NCBI GenBank assembly: GCA_030141605.1
Contig: JAQGDQ010000421.1
Coordinates: 1-64,000 of the forward strand
DNA: 64,000 bases
Direction: 5' to 3'
Source: Tubiluchus corallicola
Lineage: Eukaryota; Animalia; Priapulida
Shown: positions 39,066-63,450 of the stretch, piece after piece
Position numbering within the stretch: position 1 is the first letter of the stretch
Layout of the letters: every line of letters starts with the position of its first letter
Notes under the pieces: generated by a model
Told to the model about the DNA's origin: nothing
The model's database searches: none
The model's input: the letters and a program-made list of their open reading frames with translations, nothing else
Translations under genes and position numbers: made by a program

Positions 39066-40501
39066 TTTTGAATGCTTTCTGACATGCAGTACACCAACAA
39101 GTTTATAATTTTGAATTAGCCTCTACATGGCAACAGTTGTTTCTTTCTTTGTTAATCAAACTACACAGCTGCTTGTTTAGCAGTATTCTTGAAACATGAA
39201 TCACAGGTTAATATTGTTTGGCTAAGTTTTATCACTTTCATTGTACATTGCGTTTCATGGTTAAACAACCTTTTATCACTTTCATGTTTAAACAACCTTC
39301 TAACAAAACTAGACATACAAATGAAATTGTTGCGTGGAATGCAAATGTGAAGTGTCAATTTTGCATGATTTACTCTACATATTTGAACTTAATTGAATCA
39401 CTCTCGCTTTTAAATATTTGATCATTATTTGGAATCATAATCTAATACTTAACTTATCTTATTCTGTGAAAAAAACGTACACAAGCAAAAATCAAATCTT
39501 CTTATTGTGTTTATTTAATTTTCATTCTCATAAGACTGTTTTGATGAATGGTAATAGATTTGCTGTCGAGAGCAATTACAACAATTCATATCAACTAATT
39601 AGAATTACGAATGATTAAATTTTCCGTGCAGTAGTAATTAGCATATTATAAAAAGTAATTGCATCACATCATAATTGCAGTTGTATGGTAACTGTCCCTG
39701 TGTAACAGAAAACAGAAGTGTTTGTAAGAGAAATTGCAAGATAAATACGCGACTAAAACAATTGCATTCATAAATAACTGGGTCGTTCATAATCAATAGT
39801 CATGCAACATTTATGCTGTATGGCTGTGCGAAAGGTTTTTACTACATACAAGCCGTTCGACAAAAAACTGTGCAGTAGAAATATGGTTGACTGTTGAGTA
39901 ATTTATAAGTGATTATACTACAATAACGGTTAGAAGTTTGCACCATTAAATTGCAGAATTGCTCATAATATGGAGTAACATGGCGCTTTCGCAGCAGTAT
40001 AATAATTACACGATTACATACAGGCTAAATTAACTTGGAATAAAGACTCTAACATTTCTTTGAAAAGCACGACTAACTCCATTCCCTGCAATCTCTCTCA
40101 TAAAGACTTCGAATGTCAGATAGATGGACAGAAATCACAGGCACTAGCATGCCTATCTGCAAATGAAAACAAACTTTCCAAAAACAAATATTTAAAATTA
40201 TAGATTACAAAAAACATCAAGAGACAGGGCTGTGTAGAGAGCATGTTAAACAATAAATATTTGCTTAACTCTACATCCTTGAATCTTTTCTTAAAAAGTT
40301 TGATAGTCTTGGTTCATTTCCCTACACCATAATTGATAGTCAGGTTTCTATAACTAAATCAGTGTATCAAAGTCAAGACATTGTAAGGTACTAAAACGAT
40401 GAAGCAGGTTAGTGGTCCAGATTTCAAATATCATTTTTATGATAGTGGTGATAAGTTGCAATAACTAGTAACATTTCGCTCTTAAGTTAATGATGGGTTA
40501 G

Positions 40502-40652
<151 letters not shown>

Positions 40653-41349
40653 GTATTTAGCCAAATTTATAATTCATTAAGTGTTTGCCATAGGGTTACA
40701 TTAAATTACACTCAATTATAAACAAGGTTTAATTAACTGGCTATCATACCTGACGAAGCAGGTACATTGCTTCAGTGGAATAAACAGTGCTAGCCACCAT
40801 GATGAAAAATTGATCTTTCTATTAACAATGAACAATGAACAAATAACAGCATGAGACTGCCTGATATCATTTTATCGTACTTATTTTATTGAAAACATAG
40901 AATACTACAAACGCGCAAGAACTCAAAAACAAGGAAATTATTGTACAGCATTAGAAGACATCAATGCATTTATCTTAACCGATTGGGACAGAGTGGACTA
41001 GACAGGGCAAAAGGCAATAGTTCGTTTCCCAAGACATTCTGGGACAAAAGTTCGGCCTGTTTTTAGCCGACTTGTACTGGAAGAATTCTACAAAAAGGTT
41101 ATCACATTGATAACAAGAAAAGCTTGTGCAAAAAATACTCCAAACTATGAACATCATCACAAGTTTACAAATATGTCTAAACAAAGTACGTGAGATATCT
41201 CTCTGCTGTGTCTACATCATTCGCATTAAATCAAAGTGACCAAGGCGATAAATTGTGTTTCATCTTGCACAATGATAGAGTACATAATACAATGAGCACA
41301 AGTTATTGAATTTTTGAAACACTTAACCGAAAGGAAGGTGAAAAAGTTG

Positions 41350-41422
41350 GGACTGTATTTGGATTTGAACCACACACCTTTGGTTTACAAGTGTAGCACC
41401 ATGACTACTAGACTATGCAGCA
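41350..41422 (-). pseudogene. tRNA-like sequence (Thr-TGT-like pseudogene or SINE head)
   Basis: The minus strand has an A-box-like TAGTCTAGTAGTCA, loop CTTGTAA, B-box GGTTCAAATCC and a downstream TTTTT, but the stems pair poorly. Confidence 0.55.
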
Positions 41423-42493
41423 CCTTGGTAGACATTAATTAGTACATGTTCTTACAACACAAATTAAGTTTACTTCAACAGCTAAACTTAGTAGCTGTAG
41501 CATACATGTATATTTACTTTATTAAGTACATAATTATTTAAATCAAAAAATTAGTATTATATAGTAGAACAATTTAGAAAATGTAAAATAACACACATTT
41601 TTAATATCATTATTGCAAAACAAACATTATCCTAATAATATTATATATAAACAATAGCAATACAACAATTTAGTAATAAGACAATAGCATTATTAATAAT
41701 AACGCATTAACAATATTACTATGAAACAAATACACAAATGTTTATTGAACAAACTGTAGACCTAATGCACTACATAAAATTAAAAAGTATACTTTCCTAA
41801 ATCACTGTTTATTTGCAAAAATTACAAAAATTACTTCAAAGTCGGCTGCTTCATTTTATGCTCACAAAGTTCTCATAATGATAAAATGTTGAAAATCTGT
41901 TGTATGTATGATGCACGAGTCCTCGTAAAACACTTAGTGCTTGGTGTGCTTAAACAGTAGATAGAGCCGGTGTTTCCCCGCACGTAGCACGTAATTGTGA
42001 TGTACTTACTGTAGTGTCCTATAGCTAGCGTAACTAGCGTATGATAAACGTTCCCGCTTACAAATAAAACAGTACTTAACGTGATTTTTTCTATTATGTA
42101 TATTATAGGACAAAAGCGAACTAAGATGATATAAAAGTAATAAAAGCTTATTAATCACACGAAAGTGTCATTATTGTTATTGTTAGCACAAATAATACAG
42201 TATCAAAATTGTTGCAAAGCATGCCATGGTTAAAAAATCCCAGCTGCTGCTGTCACAGCAGTTATTAACGAAGCTATAGTCTCTAACTAGACCGTCCTAA
42301 TCCTCATATTGCAGTCAATTTATTTCTTTATAAAAAATCCAGATTTATTAGTTTATAAAAAAAGATCCACATAGATTACTGATTGTAGATTTCCGATTTC
42401 TGATAGTAGAGTTCTGAACACGCAGCATTTTTCGAGTTGCTAAATGCAACAAGTACACTTGATATAACAAGTGCATTAAATGAATCTCAATCT

Positions 42494-42535
42494 TTAGAAC
42501 TTTTGAAATGTTGGTCTTACCAGGACATCATTAAT
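42494..42535 (-). CDS. Duplicate terminal exon of the DHRS11-like gene (INDVLVRPTFQKF*), with 3' UTR homology to ~42200
   Basis: tttcag acceptor followed by ATT AAT GAT GTC CTG GTA AGA CCA ACA TTT CAA AAG TTC TAA; paralogous to 50881-50922. Expression is unknown. Confidence 0.6.
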   Translation of the reverse strand: MNDVLVRPTFQKF

Positions 42536-42721
42536 CTGAAATCAAAATATACATAGTGGAGCAAAAGGCATTCTTATATCAATATAGAGTTAATTCTAGT
42601 TATAATCAATATCACATATAACGGATACCACTTCTGCTTGAGCGGATCACTTTATTTACACTGGACAAGTCTATTGTAGTAAAACCAGGCATCAGGACCC
42701 TGAGCTCAGCTCGACGCGTGA

Positions 42722-45700
42722 TATGCAATTGTTTCAGTCGCGTAGTTTTCTTGCAATTTCTCTTACAAACACTTCTGTTTTCTGTTACAAAGGGACAGCT
42801 ACCATACAACTGCAATTATGATGTGATACGATTACTTTTTATAATATGCTAATTACTATTGCACGGAAAATTTAATCATTTGTAATTGTAATTAGTTGAT
42901 ATGAATAGTTGTAATGATCAAATATTTAAAAGTGAGGGAGATTCAATTAAGTTCAAATGTGTAGAGTAAATCATGCAAAATTGACACTTAACACTTGCAT
43001 TCCACGCAACAATTTCATTTGTATGTCTAGTTTTGTTACAAGGTTGTTTAAACGTGAAAGTGATGAAAGGTTGTTTAGCCATGAAACGCAATCTACAATG
43101 AAAGTGATAAAACTTAGCCAAACAATATTAACCTGTGATTCATGTGCTAAGGTTATTGCTAAACAAACTGCTGTGTAGTTTGATTAACAAAGAAAGAAAC
43201 AACTGTTGCACGTAAAGGCTAACTCTAAATTCTGTTGATTAATTTTTTATAAACTTGTTGGCGTACTGCATGTCAGCAAGCATTCAAATGCAGGGCATTC
43301 TCAAGGAAATGTTTGGGGCATGGCCAGAATCTAACTTACTATCAAGGATAGTTCTTTGAGATGAGCCTATGAACCAGTAGAGGTGTCAGCCATGTATAGA
43401 TGTATACTTATCCTCCCCATACAAGGTGAACAGTCAAAACTTATGAATGATATCGGCCAGAATGAGTGCTTCAGAACCAATGGTGATCACACGAAGCATT
43501 GGCACCCTATCTATTCAGCCATACCCTGCCTGTAAATGCAGCTAAAACTGCCAAATGACGCAAAAATGAAATACATAGTATGGAGAAATCCAGCAATGTT
43601 CAAAAAGCGGCTGTGCCTCTGGATGGTAAGAGTGATAGACTGATGGTGACAACAAAGGCAGGCGAACATGTTCCAATCATAAACTTGTAGATGCAGCAGA
43701 AGTGGAACCAGATTATGAGCAATTCTGCAATTTAATGGTGCAAACTTCTAACCGTTATTGTAGTATAATCACTTATAAATTACTCAACAGTCAACCATAT
43801 TTCTACTGCACAGTTTTTTGTCGAACGGCTTGTATGTAGTAAAAACCTTTCGCACAGCCATACAGCATAAATGTTGCATGACTATTGATTATGAACGACC
43901 CAGTTATTTATGAATGCAATTGTTTTAGTCGCGTATTTATCTTGCAATTTCTCTTACAAACACTTCTGTTTTCTGTTACACAGGGACAGTTACCATACAA
44001 CTGCAATTATGATGTGATGCAATTACTTTTTATAATATGCTAATTACTACTGCACGGAAAATTTAATCATTCGTAATTCTAATTAGTTGATATGAATTGT
44101 TGTAATTGCTCTCGACAGCAAATCTATTACCATTCATCAAAACAGTCTTATGAGAATGAAAATTAAATAAACACAATAAGAAGATTTGATTTTTGCTTGT
44201 GTACGTTTTTTTCACAGAATAAGATAAGTTAAGTATTAGATTATGATTCCAAATAATGATCAAATATTTAAAAGCGAGAGTGATTCAATTAAGTTCAAAT
44301 ATGTAGAGTAAATCATGCAAAATTGACACTTCACATTTGCATTCCACGCAACAATTTCATTTGTATGTCTAGTTTTGTTAGAAGGTTGTTTAAACATGAA
44401 AGTGATAAAAGGTTGTTTAACCATGAAACGCAATGTACAATGAAAGTGATAAAACTTAGCCAAACAATATTAACCTGTGATTCATGTTTCAAGAATACTG
44501 CTAAACAAGCAGCTGTGTAGTTTGATTAACAAAGAAAGAAACAACTGTTGCCATGTAGAGGCTAATTCAAAATTATAAACTTGTTGGTGTACTGCATGTC
44601 AGAAAGCATTCAAAAGTAGAGCCTTCTCAAGGAAATGTTTGGGCCATGGCCAGAATTTGATTTACTATCAAGGTTAGCTCTATGAGATGAGCCTATGAAC
44701 CAGTAGGGGTGTCAGCCATGTATAGATGTATACTTATCCTCCCCTTACAAAGTAAACAGTCAAAACTTATGAATGATATCGGCCAGAATGAGTGCTTCAG
44801 AACCAATGGTGAACACACGAAGCGTTGGCACCCTATCCACTCAACCGTACCCTGCTTGTAAATGCAGCTAAAACTGCTAAAATATTATGACGTTAAAATG
44901 AAATACTGTACACACTTGAGTAAATAAGCATAACACGTGATCAGCATTTTTATTATATACTTAGTTAAAATTAAATAGATTTTTGCAGATTTTAACATAA
45001 TGTCAACGAAATAGTAACACTTGTACGCTTACATGAAAGACCTTCTTAATATAATTTCCCTTTTATTTCTGGTTCCTTCTCTTACTTTGTAGGTTCTTGC
45101 AAAACCCAGATGGTGTGCATTTCACTAACATAGTATCGAGAAATCCAACATTTTCAAAAAGCGGCTGTGCCTCTGGATGGTAACAATGACGGTGACAAAA
45201 AAGGCAGACGAACATGTTCCAATCTTTAACCTGCAGCTGCTATGCACGGGCCATTACATATGTCTAACCACACAGTGTGCATTTTCAGTTCGCTGTCACT
45301 GCTATTATTGTGCTTTTTCACTAAGCTACAATGATGTCTTTCGCTGTTCTGTCTTCATAATTACGCAAATGCATTAATGAGTCACATTCCACTTTTTCGT
45401 ATAACAGTCTGAAACTTTACACTAATGACTTTTTTTGGAATTTTGCATTCAGAATGGTACCTTGTATTAATTATCTAAGCTGTTATACTGTGCTTTAGAA
45501 ATATGTTGTTTCTCACTGCATTCTTACATTCTTATCAACTGCTACTTTTATATAGGCACATATTTCATATAGATAAATTGTCATCATAGAAAATTTTCTA
45601 CACATAACTATTGATAATTTTTTTCTTTCTATTGCCACCAGCATTTAGGCAATTATTTCTAATAAACCTTGAACATACATGCGCTTAAAACAGTAGTTTT

Positions 45701-47226
45701 ATCTCTAATAAATTTATTAATGAGTGTCTGCAGTTAGCATCAAATACATTAGTTAATAGTAGTTTTTAAATTCAACTAATGCTGATGAGTTGCAGTTACT
45801 ACATTTATCGTGACTTGGTTGTTACCGCATTTCTTCCTGAATATTAGTCTTTCTAGAATTCCACGCAATTCTTTAACTTTGTAGAAATAGATGATAATAT
45901 TTAAAAAGCCAGTAACCACGACCAGTATATTGGCCATTTGCTTTAATGTCCCAAGTTCTCCTTTTATTTTGCCTAAATGGTAAAGAATTGAGTGTAAAAA
46001 AACAGGACTAAGAGAAAACGCTGTCACACTTGTTAGCAGAAATACAGATAACGTTGTTTTAATCTGCTTTTTCCTGCCGAAGACACTTTGCTCACTTCCT
46101 GGCAAGTGATTCATGGGCATTACACGTCGTTTGTGTCGCAGAACAATGTTTAGTATGCGTGAATAAGCGACTATCATCACTAGAAGCAACAGAAAGTAAT
46201 GTGTAGTATAAAAAAGACCCCATTTATCATAAACGTTGCGTATTACTACACATTCTTTATAATACATCTTTGTCGTAGCCATCAGGAATGAATTAGCTAT
46301 GATGCCTATGATGCTGCCATATGTCCACAACAAAAATAGAAGTATTTTAATGCGTTTGACCGTAGAGATCATCGGGTAATGTAAAGGATAAACAATAGCG
46401 ATGTAGCGATCAATAGTAATGAAGATGTGAGTCAGCATGCTCTGTACTAGAAAGCCATATGTTCCAAAAACCCTTAACATGCAAGTTCCCTTTGACACAC
46501 CATTGTAAATGAGCATTTCACTGTTCACGTATATACCAACAATTCCTATACATGCATGTGAAGCAGCCAAATTTGCCAAAAGCATGTTTCCAGCACTTCT
46601 CAATGTCTTTGTAGGGATTATGGCTCCAACAACAAATACGTCGAGTGCACTGTTAATTGCTGTAAAACACATTTGTATGCATCTGAAGAGGACGTATGTT
46701 GAAGCTCCTGGTGGGTCTGCATAAGCAATGCCATTTAAGACAGTAAAATTTGCTTCTCGTGAAAAGTTTTTCATTTCAGATGTATTATTTTGATAATGAA
46801 GCAATATGTCGGTATAGCAAGAAGCGATGGTTTCTTTAACTTATTTCGTCTTATGTATCTGGTATATTTATGTCTTGGAGTCTGATAACCAACGACATGC
46901 GCAAAAGCACTTGCTATTATCCCTGATGTAATTTCCCATCCCTCTAGCAAGTCGTTTGTTATGTCTGTTAATTTTAAATGCTTTTTGTTCAGGTATGTAA
47001 AATAATATCCCCAAATGTCATTTATTTAGCTTTAATGTCATGAAGTGAAAATAATTTTTGTCAGATCTCGTAAAATTTTCATAACGAATCTCTTCTAAAA
47101 GACTTAAAAGTGCTTATTGTTTATGGCTTTGGCAAATGAAATTGTTTGAAATTTGAAGCAACACTTCAAAAGAGGTTTTAGCTTATGTGAAATCATGGAC
47201 AAAGCTAGTCTGTGATCTTCAAAACC
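42722..47226 (-). repeat. Right arm of inverted duplication: diverged copy 42722-43717, identical insert 43712-45240, diverged GPCR copy 2 region
   Basis: ORF translations at 44063-44520 are identical to those at 39161-39618, while 42918-43178 gives diverged versions. Confidence 0.9.
45776..46804 (-). CDS. Intronless class A (rhodopsin-like) GPCR, orphan; copy 2 (first ATG at 46774)
   Basis: Paralogue of 36869-37897 with 33 substitutions in 342 positions by manual count, no indels, and an intact frame. Confidence 0.92.
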   Translation of the reverse strand: MLHYQNNTSEMKNFSREANFTVLNGIAYADPPGASTYVLFRCIQMCFTAINSALDVFVVGAIIPTKTLRSAGNMLLANLAASHACIGIVGIYVNSEMLIYNGVSKGTCMLRVFGTYGFLVQSMLTHIFITIDRYIAIVYPLHYPMISTVKRIKILLFLLWTYGSIIGIIANSFLMATTKMYYKECVVIRNVYDKWGLFYTTHYFLLLLVMIVAYSRILNIVLRHKRRVMPMNHLPGSEQSVFGRKKQIKTTLSVFLLTSVTAFSLSPVFLHSILYHLGKIKGELGTLKQMANILVVVTGFLNIIIYFYKVKELRGILERLIFRKKCGNNQVTINVVTATHQH

Positions 47227-47642
47227 GTGGCATAGCTTTGTAAGAGTCGGTTTCGCACTTTATTGTTAAATAGATAATCGTGCAGTCGAGGTATAAATAA
47301 TGTTTTGATTTAGATATAGAGTTGATATTTCTGTTGCTTTCTGACTTTCCTATTTAGTGAAGGGCCTGGTCCACCCACCTCTTCATAGCTTTATAATGGT
47401 ACAGGAAGTGGTTTCCTTGAATGCGGTCAGGTGTACGTGACCGGTTTTTGGAGGACATGTTGTTGCTTTTGATATGATGACGACAGGTTAAGTAGTTGGA
47501 CACAGTGGTGATCAGTTGGATCTAACGGTGGTTTTAACCATTGCAAATCCACATTCCACTGTTGCGGTACGGTTTGGAAGGCAGACGATTGTTAATAGCT
47601 GCTGGTCTGGAAGTTCGGAGGTGAGCTGACGTCGGCGCAAAG

Positions 47643-47729
<87 letters not shown>
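47643..47729. repeat. (GTA)n microsatellite
   Basis: Direct reading; explains the poly-L and poly-T ORFs. Confidence 0.95.
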
Positions 47730-48257
47730 AAATCTTTATTTGCCATTTTAAAAACATTGACCATCATAATAAAAGACAGATAATTCATATCTTATGTTAG
47801 TTCATATAAAAAACATACACTGCAAATCCAGGTGTGAGCCGATTTATAGACTAATTACGTAACATCGCGCTAGAAGCGATAATTGAGAAACACAGAGTTA
47901 CCACTGACCACTGAGTTACGATCTAGCGTAATGTGGCGGAACCAGTCTGTGGGTGGTCAATAGATTCCTGAAGCTGGTTACTTATGATCATACACTATCT
48001 GGTGGAACTAAAACTTAGTCATCTCATCTTCTACATGCTTAGTACAGTATCTTGGTCCTTACATGGACTGTATTCGTGCAGAGTTCTGGCAGAAACACAG
48101 ATACTATTCTTAGAGACGTCACCATGATAATGGCGCCGCCCCAGTGAACACAAGTTTAGATATGCCTCACTGACATTTCCTTTCTATTCTCATCCCATGA
48201 TATGATTATAAATATAATTTATAATGATGTAGTAAGCGATTCGTTTAACCAAGTGAT

Positions 48258-49210
48258 TGTAACGAGTTTCAGGAAGTGATTATTTAAGTTGCCTAATGAT
48301 AATAGCGTTTATTTTATGTTTAACGATACTATGATTGCAACGATTTAATTACCATTGTCGTATTTGAATTTTACAATAATACTGTTTACCTTTGTTGTAA
48401 AATCAATCACTTTGTTGTTTGATATATTTAGCGTTTTGGCCAAGTAAACATAATAACAACATCTGCACCCCAACGCATCCTTCCGTTTTTATACAGACAT
48501 TTACTAAACAACTAAACAAATTAGTCCTTTTAGACCCACGACACGTTACAATTATGGTCGCAGCGGTGGGATAAGGGGGAAGAAGTTGATAAATGTATTA
48601 AACTGGCCACCAGTTACAGATGTTTGCGTCGAACTTTTTCAAGGTCGACAAGTGGCAATTTGTAAATTTTAGCCTACATTCCGCCACTAGACTTGACTCT
48701 GCAAAAGCTGCGTTATAAAGTTTTCGGGCCCCAGATTCTCGCCAGAAAGTGGAAATATTATGGTTAAAATACCCGTGCAATTTAGCGCTGGCATATAGTG
48801 GCTGAAAGAAGCCGGGATTTTGTAAATCGCTGCTGTAAAACGTTTTGCTAGTGTAACTACGATATATAGAATTTAACTCTATATAGAGTGTATTGTGCTG
48901 AGGTTTGTGCTCGCAGTAAAACATAAAATATTGCAGCTTATCGGCATCACGACAGCCTAGCTTAACATGTATATTTAAAATAAAATACAATTGTATTTGC
49001 CAACCACGTTGCATATAACGCAAATAAAAATTACAACATATAGAAAGCTGATATAACAAAACATGGCAGACGGTGGTGAAACAAATGCAACATCACTTAA
49101 GTAAGTGAAATTAAGTAAACAGCAGCTGCAAGAAATGGCTGACAATTTTGATTTTGATACAATGGGCACTAAAGCTAATTTGGTGACAAGAATAATCATG
49201 CAAAAGAAAT
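48258..49210 (+). mobile_element. LTR retrotransposon 5' relic (probably Gypsy-like): LTR, tRNA-Leu primer-binding site, decayed gag start
   Basis: TGTAACG (48258) ... CGTTACA (48550) termini. TGGTCGCAGCGGTGGGAT at 48555-48572 differs by one base from the complement of the tRNA-Leu(AAG) 3' end as I recall it. A SAP-like peptide lies at 49063-49210. The true LTR start may be further left. Confidence 0.7.
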
Positions 49211-50880
49211 ACTAGAAAAAGTGGAACTTGTTGAAGTGCATATTGAGGAAGTGATGAAAACAACTGAAAAAAATGAAGAGTAAAAGCAGCACGGCCAACA
49301 GGCATGAGTGATTTGTTAAATAAATGCAATAGTACTTTCTGTTAATGCCTTTCCACTCCATAGCTAGTGAGAATAGAGAACAATTAAATTCATAAGAAGA
49401 CTGTTAAAGTCAAGAAATGTTTTAATCAAGTATATTGTAAATCATTATTATCGTGGGTACTCTGAGTTTTGGAAGGCCGTGTGGAACTAGAAAATCAGTC
49501 ATACCTGTAGTCATTCATAACTTCCTGAACAGTGTGCAAAATAACCAACATGAATCAATTACTGTGATTAAAAATTTGTATGATGCAAATGTACACAGGA
49601 GTTTCATGGCAGAGCAATTTACATTTGTCTAAAAACCTCATTTTTAATAATAATAATAATGTGTTTTAAATTATTTACCTACAAATTAATTCTCTCTTGC
49701 AAATATGTTTATAGTCCATGCTAGCTTTTAATATTGTATTTTATCTTTTCTATATATGTTGCCTATGTTAATTAGAAACTGTATCTTTGTATGATGGAAA
49801 TTCAACGAAATAATATATAAATAAATAAAATTTAATATGGAATGGTTCGAATGAGACTTCAACGAGTACATTACTGGAATTGTTAGGAAAATTTTTTAAA
49901 GAAAGCAATCAATAAGGTTTGTATTCCAATATGTATAGGCAAAGGTGGTGCTTCGGAGGGTGAAAATTACAGAGTTAGGGTGCTACAGCATAGAATGAAG
50001 ACTTGAAAAAATGTATGAGAAGACGCTGAGGACGTTGCTAAGAACAGACAGTTATCAGTGTGATATCATGGAGGGTAGATTAACAACGGGGTGTGAGAGG
50101 ATTCGTTGCAAGACGATGTGGTGTGGGAGACACTGATGATGAGCTGAGGCAGTAAAGGTTGAGATGTAGTGAGGCCGGAGGAGGGCACTGTCTTGGGACA
50201 AGGTGGTGAAGATTCAGGCAGCTAGAAGCAGACAACCAGAAAGGCCAAAGAAAAAAGTGTGTGTGTGTGTGTGCACGTGCATGCATCTTGTGTGCGCGTG
50301 CACGTAGGATGCTAGTAGTACAGGATAGTGCATCCAACACCATATAAGTAGGAAAGTACGGACATACAAATAAGATGATGATGAATCAATTACAATATGA
50401 TTTATTAAAAACAGTGGATAATTACTAACAATATTACCATAACAACATTTTTATAAAACAATGCCTTCTGAAGACCTGTAAAATACATAATTAGTAATAC
50501 ATTTGCTTTTTGTCCGTATCATTTATCACAAATGCAAGTTGGTGAATCTACTTGATAACTGCTGATGCATCTAGCTATAAAATTAATTGAAATTAATGAA
50601 TAATAATTGCCCAGCCTCTTCTGTAAGAGACAACTTGTTATTTTTAGCATAAAAATATAGTATCAATATTATTGCTAAGCACTTCATTATTAAAAAAGTC
50701 CCCTCCAGCAGTTGTCACAGCAATTATTAATGAAGCTATAACTGGACCACCATTATTCACAATAGTTCATTTTTGCAGTATATTTACTTGCTTAAAAAAG
50801 AAAAAATTGCTACATAGATTACTGATTTTTGATTTAGTCAAAATTTACTCATAACAAATGTATTAGTTGAATCTTGCGGG

Positions 50881-60726
<9,846 letters not shown>

Positions 60727-62029
60727 GGACTTAATAAGAAGGGACAAATCGTCTGCCAAAACTTCACTGGTACAGCAATGGCGATTAGCAACACCCAGAG
60801 TCTTGGTATCGTTGCATTAAAATTTGTTGAGTTTATTTATCAACCTGTCCGTTCCAGTCGGCATTCGCTTAGTTTATATTATTTATTAAATTGAAACGAA
60901 TTTATTCGAGTACAAATGAATGTTGAATAAAAGGAGGAACAGACAATACAAACGTTTAAAATACTGGTTATAATACACAATTGCAAAACACTTTATTGAC
61001 GTTTTAGAGTACAGTAAGTACTTGCGACGCTAATGCGTTCCCGCATGAAGCGAAGTTGAGCGAAACGTCGTTAAATGAAGCCAAGATTTCCATAGAAAGT
61101 AATACAAGAGAACTGTGTATATATATATATATATATATATAAAGCTGTATTACAGGAAATATTTGTTGAGGAATCTCTCTGTATTTTTCTCTTGGTAGAC
61201 AGTTAGAGTAGAGACAGGAGCGGCTGGTAAGAGACATTGATTTGGTATGTGACCTTCCTTGTACTTCCTTGCCCTAAGACTTGTTAACATTTTGAAATTG
61301 TTATCAGGTGGCCTAGTTCACCTCTGCATTGGCTTCAGTTGTTTAATTTCAGTAAAATCACAGTATCTATGTCAAAGCAATGACTTTTTAGGCGTTCAGG
61401 CTGTTAAAATGATCTTTTCACTATGTGTTCTATTTGTGTAAGTTGTATCAGTTAAAGTCATCTCACTTTTTGAAATCCCTGTGAATGTAAACTATTTCAT
61501 CATTAAAATTATTTAGCGGGGAGCTTTTATATTTTAACTCATTAGTTAGTGTTTCAGTTTTATTGTGTTTGTGTTGTGCATTGAGGCTACAGAGATATTT
61601 TATCAGAAACGAGTTGCAGTATGATGCTCACAGAGTAATACCTTTTTTAAAAGTGTCTTCAAGTGTCTAGTCACAAACATTTTGTGCAATAAGCAAGTCA
61701 CTTTAGGACAGAATAATTATAGGGAATTTCGTTAAATGTAGAAAGGCACCGCTTAATTGACTCACTTTAGGACCGAAGTGTTTTGACCCAATTAACCGAC
61801 TGAACCTATTAACCGATAGGTGTAGTATTATAGGTATGGAAGTATGAGTCACCAGCTTACTATGCACTGCAAAAGTTTTTAATGAATTTTAGAAATGAAG
61901 TAATGCCTAAATTCCTTTGTGCAGTTAAAAATTAGAAAAAATATTTTAAAATATTAATTTATATTCTTCAAATGCTTTTACACACTTTTATACACTAAAC
62001 ACTTTACACTATAATAGCCCACAACAAAG

Positions 62030-63450
62030 GACCTTCAATTCTGACCTGGCTTCTCACAGCTCACGTTACACATGTTTTAGCAGCTTTACAACCAGTATTC
62101 AACTCCTGATCCTGTTTCGCTTTCTTCCTAAGGTGCAAATCCACACTAGTTGAAGTCATCATGTTTTATCGATTCAGTATTACTTTTAAATAATTTTAAA
62201 AGAACTAACTCTTACTATTGCTTGCTGTTTTTTTAAATACTAATCCCATTTGGTGAACTGGCTCATTACGAGACTGCTCCAAAGCAAGAGCTACATACAT
62301 AATAATGGTTAATAACCACCGGACCTGAAGCACTTCAATATGTTGGTTGAAAATGGTTTACTGAATTTGCCTACTGACTGACACTGTTACAATGGCTACA
62401 TGGCGACCTCTTTGCCATTTCCACCAGGCACTTTTGGTGCAAGCCTTTCTCTTCTTAATATTGCCAATTTTTTCAAATCTACGTTTTTATCTTTATGGCT
62501 TATTGTTTTTTTTTCTTGTTATTCGTTTCTTAACCACATCACTTTTGATATACGCTCAGAGTATTGGTATGATCACTATAGAAGTAATCATCACTTGTTG
62601 TTGTTTCTTCCAATATTTCTATGCACTTCTAGCATAACAATAGATGCTTGGTTTTATTCTTCATTTTATCGAAGTAGCAAGCTGTATCTAATTTAAATTT
62701 ATTTTCATAATTTGTTTTTACTGTAATCATATTAACTTTTTGCTCTGTTATTTCATGTGCAGTCTGCTCGTCACACCCTTCATTGTATCTCGTTGTTTTT
62801 TCCACTGCCCTACTCTATTTCTTAGAAATCGTAATTTCATTTTTTTGATTTGACATTCAATAACTCATTTTTAACAAGTTTTGTATCGCTTCTTTAACTT
62901 CTTTTTCCATCTAGATTTTTCCAATTTTAACTTGCTTTTTCCTATGTTCAAGTTACATGTACAAGTTTCTATATTGTTTGTCCAAGTGCTTGGCACATTA
63001 CTTTTTTGCACGTTCTGTTGCAGGTGACTCGCGATGAAATGTTAATTTTGTGATGTGCAGAAAAACAGTGGTAGTAGTTCAATTAAGCGTTGTTTCATCT
63101 GTTGTTTCATTGACCACATTCCACAAATCAGTAACATGTCCCAGTGACTTGTACCTATTAATTGTTTCAACATTCCACACATAATTTCTGATTATGTAAC
63201 AAATTTTAAACACGTCTGTATAATTACATATTGCATAAGGTATATTTGTTAATTGTTTTTCATTTTATTTTTTATAGGCTTTGTGCTTCACGCATTTATA
63301 AGTTTGGATGGTAGTCCACATCAGTTCAAGAAACTAAACTCGGCATTAACTTCTCCAATTTCCACAGAAGAAGAAATCAGCACTATGGCTGCAAACTTTG
63401 ATCATAAGTCTTTTATGATGCATTAATTGTTATTTTATTCTTTTTGTTCA
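62030..63450 (-). mobile_element. Highly decayed LINE ORF1-like region
   Basis: The minus strand is purine/A-rich with coiled-coil-like fragments and an LGRKR..IR..ILVV...ARSELK-like segment; many stops. Confidence 0.3.

Larger units (their letters stand above)
36464..39969 (+). repeat. Left arm of inverted segmental duplication carrying GPCR copy 1
   Basis: Mirrors 43712-47226. The outer part is diverged; 38441-39969 appears identical to 43712-45240 (coordinate sum 83681). Confidence 0.9.

Noticed and set aside
39161-39618. Small ORFs repeated at 42918-43178 and 44063-44520, suggesting a peptide gene family
   Set aside because: By-products of the triplicated non-coding segment; overlapping frames on both strands, and a deletion breaks one of them in the third copy.
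41350-41422. Functional tRNA-Thr(TGT) gene
   Set aside because: Anticodon and T stems do not pair properly; kept only as a pseudogene or SINE head.
47512-47788. Poly-Leu and poly-Thr ORFs resembling a signal peptide or mucin
   Set aside because: Translations of a (GTA)n microsatellite.
48598-49059. 153-aa minus-strand ORF
   Set aside because: Antisense to the LTR element leader with no recognisable domain; probably a chance ORF.
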